44,866 nt of DNA. Source: Rozella allomycis CSF55 (taxonomy: Eukaryota). Made by a program: the position numbers and the translations under genes. Each line of letters starts with the position of its first letter. Positions within the stretch are counted from its first letter, which is position 1. Of the stretch, positions 1 through 10,360 are shown piece after piece. The notes below the pieces were generated by a model. That model did not search any database. It was given only the letters and a program-made list of their open reading frames with translations, and had not been told where the DNA came from. Location: assembly GCA_000442015.1 (NCBI GenBank), contig KE560987.1, positions 1 through 44,866 of the forward strand. Direction: 5' to 3'.

Positions 1-427
1 CTGGATTTAATGTTTGATTCTTCCAAAATGTTTCCAAATCCTTGCAAGCTAATGGTTTTACAAAGCTTTTTGGCGGTACGTGGTCAATAATTGTATTGCT
101 TATTTGAGATACTATTCGGCAAAACTGTCTATCCATGACAAATTCCAGTTTAGATTTTTTTTCACCAAAGACACGATTAACTAACAGCATGGCATTTTTA
201 TGCGATGCTGAAGTCCATACGCCCACTTTAAAATTATCAAATAGAAAATCTAAAAGGGTGTGAGTATGTGGCCTAAGAAAAACTCTATCCCTCACACCTG
301 GAAGCTTAAAATCACATTCCTTGGGAAGAAAAATATTTGTTAAATTATTAATCAATGAATGACGTTTTAACCTGTATAATAGAACGCCATTCAAGTCGAG
401 TATGACAAGTGGAAGTCTTTTGGACAT
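1..427 (-). CDS. FCP1/NLI-interacting-factor-like HAD domain protein (3' end runs off the window)
   Basis: Manual translation from ATG at 427: MSKRLPLVILDLNGVLLYR...LRPHTHTLLDFLFDNFKVGVWTSA. This shows the DLNG variant of the HAD motif plus the RP and VWTS motifs. It is absent from the ORF track because it has no stop within the window. Confidence 0.8.
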   Translation of the reverse strand, partial: MSKRLPLVILDLNGVLLYRLKRHSLINNLTNIFLPKECDFKLPGVRDRVFLRPHTHTLLDFLFDNFKVGVWTSASHKNAMLLVNRVFGEKKSKLEFVMDRQFCRIVSQISNTIIDHVPPKSFVKPLACKDLETFWKNQTLNP

Positions 428-600
428 GGGTTGTTGGGTGCATTCGGATATTTAATGTGGAGCTTATCTTCTTACTATTTTCTTTAGTATAATCGGATAT
501 TAATCAAAAAAAATGAAAAGTTTTTAACTAAGAGTCATCTAGTCGCATTGTACCTATTATTCTAACGAATGTCAAGTGTTAAAAAGTAAAGTAATTAAAT

Positions 601-1641
601 TTATTCTTGAATAGCTCTTATATGCTCAGATGTTTCTCTTGCAATTAATTCGATAGCTTGGTCACTCTGTAGCTCTGATACATCAAATTTAATGGAAGCA
701 TCATAAGCAAAAGAAATTGAAGAATCCGTTATTTGTATGAATTTTTTAATTAACACTTTAACTATATTATATACGCGAGCGATAATGGTTCGTTCCTCAT
801 CGGATATTTCCTATGAATAGGAAAAACAATTCTTACATCATTATGATTCTCATAGATAAGTTCTGTTTCGTCAGCATTTGGCGCTTCTTTATGTTTGCTG
901 ATCCAAATATAGCCGTTTCTTCCCACTTCATCAGTTTAATTTGAATTATTTACAAATAATGTCTACTCCGCATGCCAAAGTATGAAAATGATTTTTGCTT
1001 CTTTTAATTAAAGCTGGCGGTGCGATAATTAAGCAACCGTTGCGTAACTTTCCATACTTGAAATTTCTAGTGTGGATTGCGGCGGATCCATCGTGATAAA
1101 TGTTCTGAACTTCAGCCTTTTATGGCAAAAAATTATTTTTTACGCTAAGCATGTCCCCTTCCACAAAAAATTTTCTAATCTGCAATTCATCAGACTCCAA
1201 CCTACGTCTCTAGAATAAATGGGTGAATTTCTTTGTACCAGTGTGCCTCCAGGCAAATTAATAGCAGAGAGTAGCAATGCAGCGTCTTGACGTGAATTTA
1301 AATCTACTTTCCATCGTTTCTGGCCAACCTAGTTCAAAAAATTAAAAGCATTTACATCCGTCACTCTGCCAACAACTACATCACCTATCTCGGGATTATA
1401 TCGTGATTTAAGAGGATTCACACATATCAACTTGTTTATTCTTTCAACTGTTCCAGCAACGGATGAGCTTAGATCGTTTTCTGTATTATACGTTCCGTGC
1501 CCCCTTTTCTCAATACATTTCTATTTAGTACCTCATAAATCCAGCATCGGCTGTTATAGATTCACCTGGTGTAACTATATATGAACTTGACTGGCTGCTG
1601 TTCACTGCGATAGTAGATTTCAAGAGAGAAATAGCGACCAT
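601..1641 (-). CDS. RRP4: Exosome complex component RRP4 (spliced, six 26-29 nt introns)
   Basis: Spliced translation MVAISLLKS...[21 protein letters not shown]...[25 protein letters not shown]...[19 protein letters not shown]...LGRNGYIW. TAA at 601-603. Confidence 0.93.
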
Positions 1642-1809
1642 TCGAAAGTGGCTTGACACCAAGTAAAGAATTCAAAGTTGCAATGTTCAAAAAGAATTGA
1701 AATTAATTTTATTAATTTATGAACACTTCAATAGACAATAAATTATGCTACTCTTGATTTTTTAAGTACCCTTTTGAAATACCAATGTTGCATCGTTCAT
1801 AATCACAAC

Positions 1810-2546
1810 ATGACAACCATTCATACAAACATTGAAGATTTTTTGAAATCCACTAACTGTAATGTATTCACTATCAGAATATAGTTTCACGCGAAGAATT
1901 AGAAATCATGACATCCAATTTCGGTTTACTTTCGCCAGTCAATGACAAAATCGACCGATCACACTTTAGAGATCTACTAACCGATCAATTCGGCATGGAT
2001 GATTCGTTATTGATGGATCGTGGTAATGAATATACAGTCGCCATAAAAGTTTTCCGGGCGTTTGACAGTGATCTTGATAACTATATTGGATTCGATGAAT
2101 TCATAAAGGGCATGAGCATATTCCTCAAAGGAAGGTTGGAAGAGCGAATGAAGTGTAAATTTGGGTTTATATTACGATAGTTTGTTTCCGTGTGTATGAT
2201 TTAAATTCGGACAGGTACATATCCAAGGAAGAAATGTTTCAAATGCTGCAAAACTGTTTGATCAAAAGCAATGAAGAGGATGAGGATGGGGTGAAAGATC
2301 TTGTTGATATAGTGATGAAAAGGATGGATGAAGATCGAGACGGTCGAATCAGTGAAGCTGATTACGTGGGGACGGTTACGAAAGAAAATTTGTTGTTGGA
2401 AGCTTTTGGTCAATGTTTACCAACACCAAAAGTAGTAAAGATTTTATGGTACAATATAGATGGTGGAAAAATATTTGGCTGATCCCGAAAATGAACAACA
2501 ACCACCAATGACAGGAAGAACATCCAATCCAATTCTTGCATATTAA
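1810..2546 (+). CDS. EFCAB1: Calaxin/EFCAB1-like EF-hand protein (flagellar dynein-associated)
   Basis: Joins ORFs 1908 and 2192 through short introns: DRSHFRDLL..FGMDDSLLMDRVFRAFD..EFIKGMSIFLKG..YDLNSDRYISKEEMF..DLVDIVMKRMDEDRDGRIS..ENLLLEAFGQCLP. ATG at 1810, TAA at 2544-2546. Confidence 0.8.
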
Positions 2547-2599
2547 TAAACATTTTTTTCACAGTAATATAAATTTCTTGGAATACAAAATGGATTTAT

Positions 2600-3433
2600 T
2601 TACACCGTTTCTAGAACGCTCAAATTGCCTGGCAGGATATTAGCAACAACGTTTCCTTTAGGGGTTTTAAGTATTGTAGTGTTTCTTAATATAATGAAAA
2701 CTCCAGCGACAACCTTTTCATTAAAGGCATCAGCGTGAATAAACCCACTGATTGTTCCTTTATCATCTGACAATTTGCATAGAATCGATTGTTCCTTTGG
2801 TGAGATGTAATCTATTCTGGCCACCATAGTATGCACTTTTCTGGTCCTCGGAAAGTTCATCAAGTAACTCAATTTCGTGACATTTTCCAAGTTGTAAGTA
2901 TTTATGATTTGGTTAATTTTGTCGCACAGCGGTGTTTGCCTGGAAACAGTTGAATGCAAGGTGGATGGGATGTATTGAGAGCATTGTAGTTTTGTTTGTT
3001 TCTTGTATATGCTTACTGGAGTTGTAATTTGCTTCCTTGTAGTAAATGGCGTGCTATTGATTGTTTTTGGCTCTTGCAATCTATGATCCTCATCATTCTC
3101 CTCGAGCATTTTGAGTAGATTATCAACACTTTCGTCATCCTGATCTTCCATTTCTATGACATTTTTCGCGTTGCCTGTTGTTTCTTCAATGCCTTGAAAT
3201 TTCATATCATCAACTTCAATGTCCTCAAAGAATTTATCAAGTTCAGCGTCTTCAACCTCATCAAAATTAGTTTCATTTTTATTCTCATCCCTCAACTCAG
3301 ACAATCTATTCGTATCTTGTTCTACCCCACAGTTTGTAGCTTTTCTTTCTGCTAAAATAATCTCTTTAAAAGGATCATGGTCATTTTCAAAAAGTTCGGC
3401 CTCCCAGCTATCTTCAAACCCATCTCCCAACAT
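2600..3433 (-). CDS. HROB/MCM8IP-like (DUF4539) OB-fold protein
   Basis: Acidic disordered N-terminus, then KVHTMVARI..LSDDKGTISGFIH..GVFIILRNTTI..NILPGNL, which resembles the DUF4539 OB fold. The likely start is MLGDGF at 3433; the upstream ORF extension overlaps the ABCD gene. Confidence 0.65.
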   Translation of the reverse strand: MLGDGFEDSWEAELFENDHDPFKEIILAERKATNCGVEQDTNRLSELRDENKNETNFDEVEDAELDKFFEDIEVDDMKFQGIEETTGNAKNVIEMEDQDDESVDNLLKMLEENDEDHRLQEPKTINSTPFTTRKQITTPVSIYKKQTKLQCSQYIPSTLHSTVSRQTPLCDKINQIINTYNLENVTKLSYLMNFPRTRKVHTMVARIDYISPKEQSILCKLSDDKGTISGFIHADAFNEKVVAGVFIILRNTTILKTPKGNVVANILPGNLSVLETV

Positions 3434-3482
3434 TTTTACATAAACGCGCAATCTGAAATTTTGAATTCCGTGGCTGGTCCCA

Positions 3483-5765
3483 ATGATGAAAGCCGTGGAG
3501 AATGTGTTTATGAAGAAATCCAACAGAATAGGCATAATGATTCTTGTCCTAATTCTAATGAATTTCTCTGCGCGCATGTCGAAAAGAAAGCATTCAAAGC
3601 CATTGAAATCGAATGTAATATAAATTGATGCGAATGAAAAGGCGAATAAGGATTTCTACAAGAATCTTGCTCGTATTTTGAAGATTGTGATACCTGGAGT
3701 GAATTCCAAAGAGTTCTGGCTGCTGATGATATTCTCTGGGTTTCTGGTTTCGCGAACTTTTCTGAGTTTGTATGTAGCTGAACTGGATGGCAAATTGGTG
3801 AGTTTGATGGTGAAGAGAAAGAAAAAGGAGTTTCTGTTTGGCATATTGTGGTGGATGATTGTGGCGATTCCAGCAACGTATACAAACAGCATGGTATGAA
3901 ATTGATTTTTCCCGATTATAGTTAAATTTTATACAAAATAAGCTTGCTATTGGATTTAGAACTAGACTTGTGAGGTATATGCATGGAAAGTACCTTGAAG
4001 ACGAGACGTTTTATAAGCTGGCGAATTTGGATGACCGGGTCAAGAATGCAGATCAGTAAATGTGTCATTGAAAAATGATAGATTGATTACACAGGATGTG
4101 AATAATTTCTGTCATTCATTGGCTGGCCTTTACGCAAACTTGGCGAAACCTATTCTTGACATTATAATTTTCCATCGCCAATTGATAAAGAATGTGGGAT
4201 TTGAAGCAGACTTTGCGTTGAATGTTCTTGTGCAGATTTCCGCTACTTTGATGAGAAAAATGACGCCGCCGTTTGGCATGTATGCATCTGAAGGTCAGAA
4301 ATTGGAGGTAAAAATGAAAGATTGATGGTAAAGGGTGAATATAGATACGCGCAGACCAGGTTGATTGAGAATGCAGAAGAGATAGCGTTGTATAACAGTC
4401 ATGAGAGAGAAAAGGGGATAATTTGGTCATTTTATGATAAAATTGTTAAACATTCTAAAATAGTTTTCAAAAGCAAATTCTGGTATTCGATGCTTGAAGA
4501 TTTTGTGATAAAATATTACTGGGGTGCACTTGGAATGATGTTTGCATCGGTGCCAGTTTTCCTTGGCAGTGAAAAAGATTCGTCAACAAGAACTGAATGT
4601 ATTTAATTTAATTGATTGTTTTATAGCTTACATTACAAACATTAGATTGTTGATTAGCGCGTCTGATGCGTTTGGACGTGTGATGTATTCCTACAAGGAA
4701 GTTGTTGAGCTTGGTGGGTACCTTTCAAGGGCTGTAGAGTTGTTGGATATATTTGAAGATATCAAGAATGAAAAATTTGTTAAAAGAAATGCAGATGCAA
4801 ATGAAATTGTTGAAAAGAGAGGAATTGTGATTTACACATCAGATGAAGTGTATTTCAGTAGAGTGCCAATTGTGTCGCCAACTGGAGATATTTTAATAAA
4901 AGAAATGACGTTTAGAATTGTGCCTGGAATGCATTTACTAGTCGTTGGCCCAAATGGTTGTGGAAAAAGCAGCATGTTTAGAATTCTCGGTGGATTGTGG
5001 CCTGTTTATGGCGGCTGTTTGAAGAGGCCAGTAAACAGTGAAATATTCTATCTGCCTCAAAGGCCTTATCTTTCTTTAGGAACTCTTCGTGATCAGTAAA
5101 CAATTCAACTCAACCTTTAAAGAATAATTTATCCACACAATGAAAATGAAATGGAAAAACGCGGTTATTCAGATGGAGATTTAAAAGAAATTCTAACAAT
5201 ATTGAAAATGGAAAATATTGTTGAAAGAGAAGGCGGATGGGATTCTACTAAAGATTGGAAAGAAGTTTTATCATTTGGTGACAAACAAAGAGTAAAAAAG
5301 TTTACAATTAGTTAACTTTAAGATTGCAATGGCTAGATTGTATTATCATAGACCAAAGTTTGCCATTCTAGATGAATGCACAAGCGCTGTAAGCTTGGAG
5401 TTTGAAAAAATCATGTACAATCATGCAATGAAATTAGGCATAAGTAAGTGCATTTAACTGGTGTAAATAAAGCGTTGATGACAGTTTCTCATAGACCTTC
5501 ACTTTGGAAATTTCACAATTTCATTTTACAATTTGATGGTCAAGGCGGTTATGTATTTGGAAAGCTTGATGCTTCCAAAAGATTGGCTTTGCAAGAAGAA
5601 AAAATTAAAATTGAACATCAATTAAGTGAAATGAAAAAACTTGAAGCAAAACTAGTTGAGCTGGAAAAGACTAGAGGGGCAATGAAGATTAAAAGGAATG
5701 AATCTTATTCAAAATTGTTGAATCCAAATTATTTATCCAGAAGAAGATCATCTGAATCTAAATAA
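3483..5765 (+). CDS. Peroxisomal ABCD half-transporter, PXA2-like (about 8 short introns)
   Basis: [25 protein letters not shown]-like ENAEEIALY; Walker [42 protein letters not shown]-terminal [21 protein letters not shown] at 3483. Confidence 0.9.
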
Positions 5766-5793
5766 ATTTAAACGTGAAATATGAATTTATTAT

Positions 5794-6835
5794 TTAAAGA
5801 CGAACAACTTCCCAGACACGAATGAGATTGTCAGAATATCCAGCAAAGAGGGTAGTTCCATCATTAGACCAAGCAACTGAAAGTGGTTGTGGAACAGCCT
5901 TTCCTTGTTCAACTTCAACCTTGAGTTCATCAACAACCTTCTTGCTTTCAAGATCCCAAATCTTAATTCCAGTAGCAGTAGCAGCACAGAGCCAGTAGCG
6001 GTTTGGTGAGAAGCACAATGCGTTGACAATATCGCCAGAGTCCAATGCATGCAAATGCTTTCCATCGTTCAAGTCCCAAAGCATGGTGATTCCATCCTTA
6101 CCTCCAGATGCACAGAGGGATCCATCAGGTGAGATACAGACAGTGTTAACATATCCAGTGTGTCCAACATGGTTGTTCTTCATCTTGCAAGAGTTCAAGT
6201 CCCAAACCTTAACAAGCTTATCCCATCCAGCTGAAAGAATAACTGGGTTTGGCATGCCTGGTGAAACACGGACGCATGAAACCCATTCAGTGTGGCAATC
6301 TTCACGGATCTCAAATTTGCATTCTCCAACAGTGTTCCAGATCTTAATAGCCTTATCACGTCCAGCTGAAACAATTTGACGGTTGTCTGGTGAAAATGCT
6401 ACGGACAATACATCCTTGGTGTGTCCAACAAAAGTTTGTGTGGTCTTTCCGGTATTCAAATCCCACAATCTCAATGTCTTGTCTTTATAAATTTCACTCA
6501 TCTCTTTTACCCCATGATGCAGACAAACAAAATTGTCCATCAGATGAAAGCGCAACATCTTGCACAAAGTGGTTATGTCCACGGAGTGACTTTCTTGGCT
6601 TTCCGTAATTTTCTCCGTCCTTGGTCAAAGACCATACAATAACAGACTTGTCTACAATTAACACTATCCAACAAAAATAAATTCGTTAATTAATCAATTA
6701 AAACTCAAACTCGAATAATTACTTACCACGTGATGAAGAGACAATAAAATCCTTGGAATCAGCTGGTGTAGCAATAGCAGTAACCCACCCATCGTGACCT
6801 TCAAGAGTTCCGCGTAAAACCAAAGTATCAGTCAT
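5794..6835 (-). CDS. RACK1: RACK1/Asc1/Cpc2 ribosome-associated WD40 protein
   Basis: [68 protein letters not shown]. Introns at 6652-6726 (75 nt) and about 6484-6510. Confidence 0.97.
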
Positions 6836-6942
6836 TATGTTTTTTCTTTCGACAAGGGTCGTCGTTTTGTGAAAAAGGGGATTTCAAGCTAAGCCACGTC
6901 TCTATAAACACGAAAAGATTAAAGTTGGGAGCTTTATTGACT

Positions 6943-7289
6943 TTAATGTGACTCTTTCTTCTTTTCACTGGTATCCAATTTAGAAATTTCATCCAACTTT
7001 GCTATTTCTTTAGTCAGATTAAATTTAACCACCTACTTGCTTCACCCTGCTTTCCATCAGTCCATTTGAGGTATTTTAGCACGGATGGTTTACGCTTTAC
7101 ATATTGGGTTTGCAAAACATCTTGTTTTAAGCATTGTAAAGTGCTTCGTGCACAGACATCTAGATACTCCAAATATCTAATAAATTAGCGCTGTTCATGA
7201 AGAAATGACACATTATAAAATTTCATTAATTAGAAAAGAATGATATGAAGGGTTAGTACTTACGTCATTCTTGTTCTCCAAGTACTCAT
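6943..7289 (-). CDS. ATP15: Mitochondrial F1-ATP synthase epsilon subunit (not in ORF track)
   Basis: Three exons (87-nt intron 7177-7263 and a 29-nt intron) give MSTWRTRMTYLEYLDVCARSTLQCLKQDVLQTQYVKRKPSVLKYLKWTDGKQGEAK... This matches the epsilon pattern WR..MTY..Y..CA...CLK...KW.DGK. Confidence 0.82.
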
Positions 7290-7343
7290 ATTGGAAATTA
7301 AAGCAAGGGTAATTGTTGGTAGTTTTACTGGCTTATAAGCTAG

Positions 7344-8225
7344 AGCATAAGAGTCTCCAGAATACCATTTTATTTGGACCCAGAAATAACTGTCAATCCT
7401 GACGGCAGAGTTTACAAGCCAATAGAGAACGATTATTCTATTTTATATGTGGGATCTAAGGATTTGCATCAATTGAGTATAATGTCTATTCACTGCCACT
7501 CTCAGTTCTACATTCTGGAAGGAAAACAATTTGTTGAACAATCCATTTATAATAATTCCATGCTAAGGAAAAGATTCCATTTGATTGAAAAGGCTAAAAA
7601 CGCCAACATTATAGGGATCGTTGTTGGAACACTAGCTGTCTCTAGTTATCTGGACGTTCTTGAAAAAGTTAAAAAGCTAATTAAGAGTTCGGGCAAAAAA
7701 TACTATGTTTTATCAGTGGGGAAGCTGAATGTAGCGAAACTCGCGAATTTTATGGAAATTGACGTTAACGTTTTAATAGCTTGTCCAGAAAATAGTGTCG
7801 TTGATTCAAAAGTAACTATTTCTGTGTATTTTTATGAGGAATACTATAAACCATTTATTACACCTTTTGAACTTTCAGTTGCTTTGGACACATCTATAGA
7901 GTGGGTTGGCAAATTCGTCACAAATTTTGAACAATTTTTAGAGATAGATTCAGATTTAAATGGAAAGGATGAAGAAAATATCGATTGTGCTGATCACGAA
8001 GAAACAAAAGGCCAAATTGTATTAAAAAATCGAGAACACCAACTCATTGAAATAGATCAGTCTCATGGTAATTAAATTGATTTATTTTTATTAGCTTTAC
8101 AATATTTCAAATCACGGGAGTTTAAAGGAGTGGAAGAGGAAATTGTTCCTGAATTGTATACTTTAGAAATTAAAGAGGGAAGGAAAGGTATTCCTAAAAC
8201 ATACGACGATGAAAACACTTTTTAA
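7344..8225 (+). CDS. DPH2: Diphthamide biosynthesis protein DPH2, C-terminal part only; 5' end undefined
   Basis: RKRFHLIEKAKNANIIGIVVGTL..GKLNVAKLANFMEIDVNVLIACPENS..KPFITPFEL, and last exon ALQYFKSREFKG..EGRKGIPKTYDDE. The frame opens after TAG at 7341-7343; first in-frame ATG is at 7482. Confidence 0.8.
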
Positions 8226-8433
8226 ATCTGGCTAAAATTTCTTAAGCTTAATTCAACAAGAGATAAATAAACATATTTGTATTTTATTATTGACGAAAGA
8301 GTTGGGAATTTCTATCCAACGTTAACAGTGCTTTCAGGCGTTGGCCAAATTTCTAATCATTCGTACATAACGCTGGTTTATAAACTTGTTTCATTTTTTA
8401 AAAAAGACGTTCTTAGGGACAGTGAAAAAAGAA

Positions 8434-8494
8434 TGGACTTACCGAGGTTTGAACTCGGGGCCAGCGTGCGCTCTACCAACTGAGCTATAAGCCC
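8434..8494 (-). tRNA. tRNA-Ala-like gene lacking the anticodon loop and 3' anticodon strand (61 nt)
   Basis: GGGCTTA TA GCTC AGTTGGTA GAGC G CACGC TGGCC CCGAG TTCAAAC CTCGG TAAGTCC A. Acceptor stem has G3:U70 and A73; D and T arms are intact; A and B boxes are present; T6 terminator at 8425-8430. Confidence 0.85.
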
Positions 8495-8579
8495 TTGAAA
8501 GTGGTATCGATGAAAAATAACCGGATGTTGACGATTCGATTAGGGATTTGGTTATTGCTAAATTGGAAATTTGATCGTT

Positions 8580-10315
8580 ATGAAATACATTTCAACCAGA
8601 GGACATTCTGCCAGGCTAAAATTCGAACAAGTAGTGTTTGCTGGACTAGCTCCTGATGGTGGTTTTTATGTGCCCGACCATGTCCCTACTATTCCATTCA
8701 GCATTTTAGAAACATTTCAAAGCATGAGGTTTGATGAAATAGCATTTGAAATTTTGTCTCTCTTTATTGATCCTAATGAGATTCCAAGAGATGATTTACG
8801 GAAAATAATATGCGATACGCTGTCGAAATTTGACCATCCATTTATTACACCTCTAAGACATGTAGACGCTGACCAAGACTTGTGGATTCTGGAATTATTT
8901 CACGGCCCTTCCTTATCTTTTAAGGATTTTGCGATGCAATTTCTAGGAAATCTGTTTGATTATTTCCTTCAAAGAAAATCCATTGTTGAAAGAATTTGCA
9001 TTGTTGGGGCAAGTAATGGAGATATTGGAAGCGCTGCAGTTGAAGGGTTTAAGAATAAAAAGCATATTGAATTGTTTTTATTGCATCCATTGGGGAAAGT
9101 GTCTCACGTTCAAGAAAAGCAAATGACAAGTGTTAAGGAAGAAAACATTCATAACATCGCTATCAAAGGGTCTCTTGATGATTGCAGGGTAATATAAATA
9201 AGCTCATTTTATAGGATATAGTGAAGGGATTGTTTGAAGATTCTCATTTCCGATATTCTCACAAGTTGGCGGCTATTAACACTGTCAATTGGGCAAGAAT
9301 AATGATTGAAATTGTGTACTATTTTTATGCCTTTTTCAGAATTCAAGAATATCATTCCAGTGATTTAGAGATCCAACATTTTCGTTCAGTTAGGTTCTCG
9401 ATTCCTTCAGGTAGCTTTGGGAATGCTCTTGCATGTTATTATGCCAAGCTTTTAGGGTTACCTATTCATTCAATAATTGTAGCGACCAATGAAAATGACA
9501 TAATGCACCGATTTCTAAGCAAAGGAATATATGAAAAAAATGTATTGATTGAAACAATGTCACCGGCTATGGATATTCAAACTGCTAGCAATTTCGAGCG
9601 CTTTTTGTTTGAAATAACAAACAGGGATAGTGCATTTGTAAATCAATCTGTTCATCGAATGGACGTGGACCGAAAAATTGTTTTACCGCCGCCAATATTC
9701 AATGGGATTAAGGAAGTATTTAAATCTGCTGCCATAAATCAAAAGCAAGTATAACTTAAATGATAATGAAATAGATGCTTCAAACTATTCGACAGTTCTA
9801 TTTTGGAAAAGATTTCAAGCGGCATTCAATAACAAAAATATCCAAAGAGTATCCCATTATGGCTACAAAAGCTCCTATATTATTAGATCCCCATTCTGCA
9901 ATAGGAATTGCAGCAGCTGAAAGAGTTTTGCCATCAAACCCCAAGTCTACAAAATTAGGTGAATTCGCCAACTTTTACGCAGGCGAATTTTTCAGCGATT
10001 TAAAGTAAAATATATATACATCATTGATAAAGGGAGAGAGGAAATGAGGAAGGATTGTTCACCACAATTTGTCTTGGGACTGCTCACCCTATAAAGTTTG
10101 CCCGCGCCGTCCTTCATGCACTTGGGCGCGACCTTTCATTCCCTAGGCACATGACTGTTGAAGAATCTGAGAATTTTTTCGAGTCAATTAACCAAACTCC
10201 GGATAACTTTAAGGGGCTGATGCAAAGCGAAAGTCGCTATGATGTTTTGGAAAAATCGGTTGTATCTGTTAAAAGATATATACATCAAAAATTTCTGACC
10301 GGAGCCCATCTCTAA
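8580..10315 (+). CDS. Threonine synthase (fungal THR4-type fold), divergent motifs
   Basis: MKYISTRG; GLAPDGGFYVP; LELFHGPSLSFKDFAMQF (PLP lysine); NWARI; ATNENDI; SPAMDI..SNFER; DPHSAIG; TAHPIKF. Three short introns. Confidence 0.9.
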
Positions 10316-10360
10316 ATAAATTGGTTTCCAGTTCCGAAATTTCACAAAATTTCGTCGTTA

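Noticed and set aside
3434-3628. N-terminal extension of ORF 2600-3577 and ORF 3377-3628
   Set aside because: These are antisense or alternate-frame shadows of ABCD exon 1. Better starts are 3433 (-) and 3483 (+).
6652-6726. RACK1 long intron as a U24-type snoRNA host (as in yeast ASC1)
   Set aside because: No RUGAUGA box C or CUGA box D in the intron.
7334-7369. Upstream minus-strand ATG GTA TTC TGG AGA (MVFWR) as an alternative ATP15 start
   Set aside because: It hits TAA after 11 codons with no splice path into ATP15; probably coincidence or a uORF.
8277-8483. 68-aa ORF
   Set aside because: TTG start, and its 3' end is the antisense of the tRNA-like gene.
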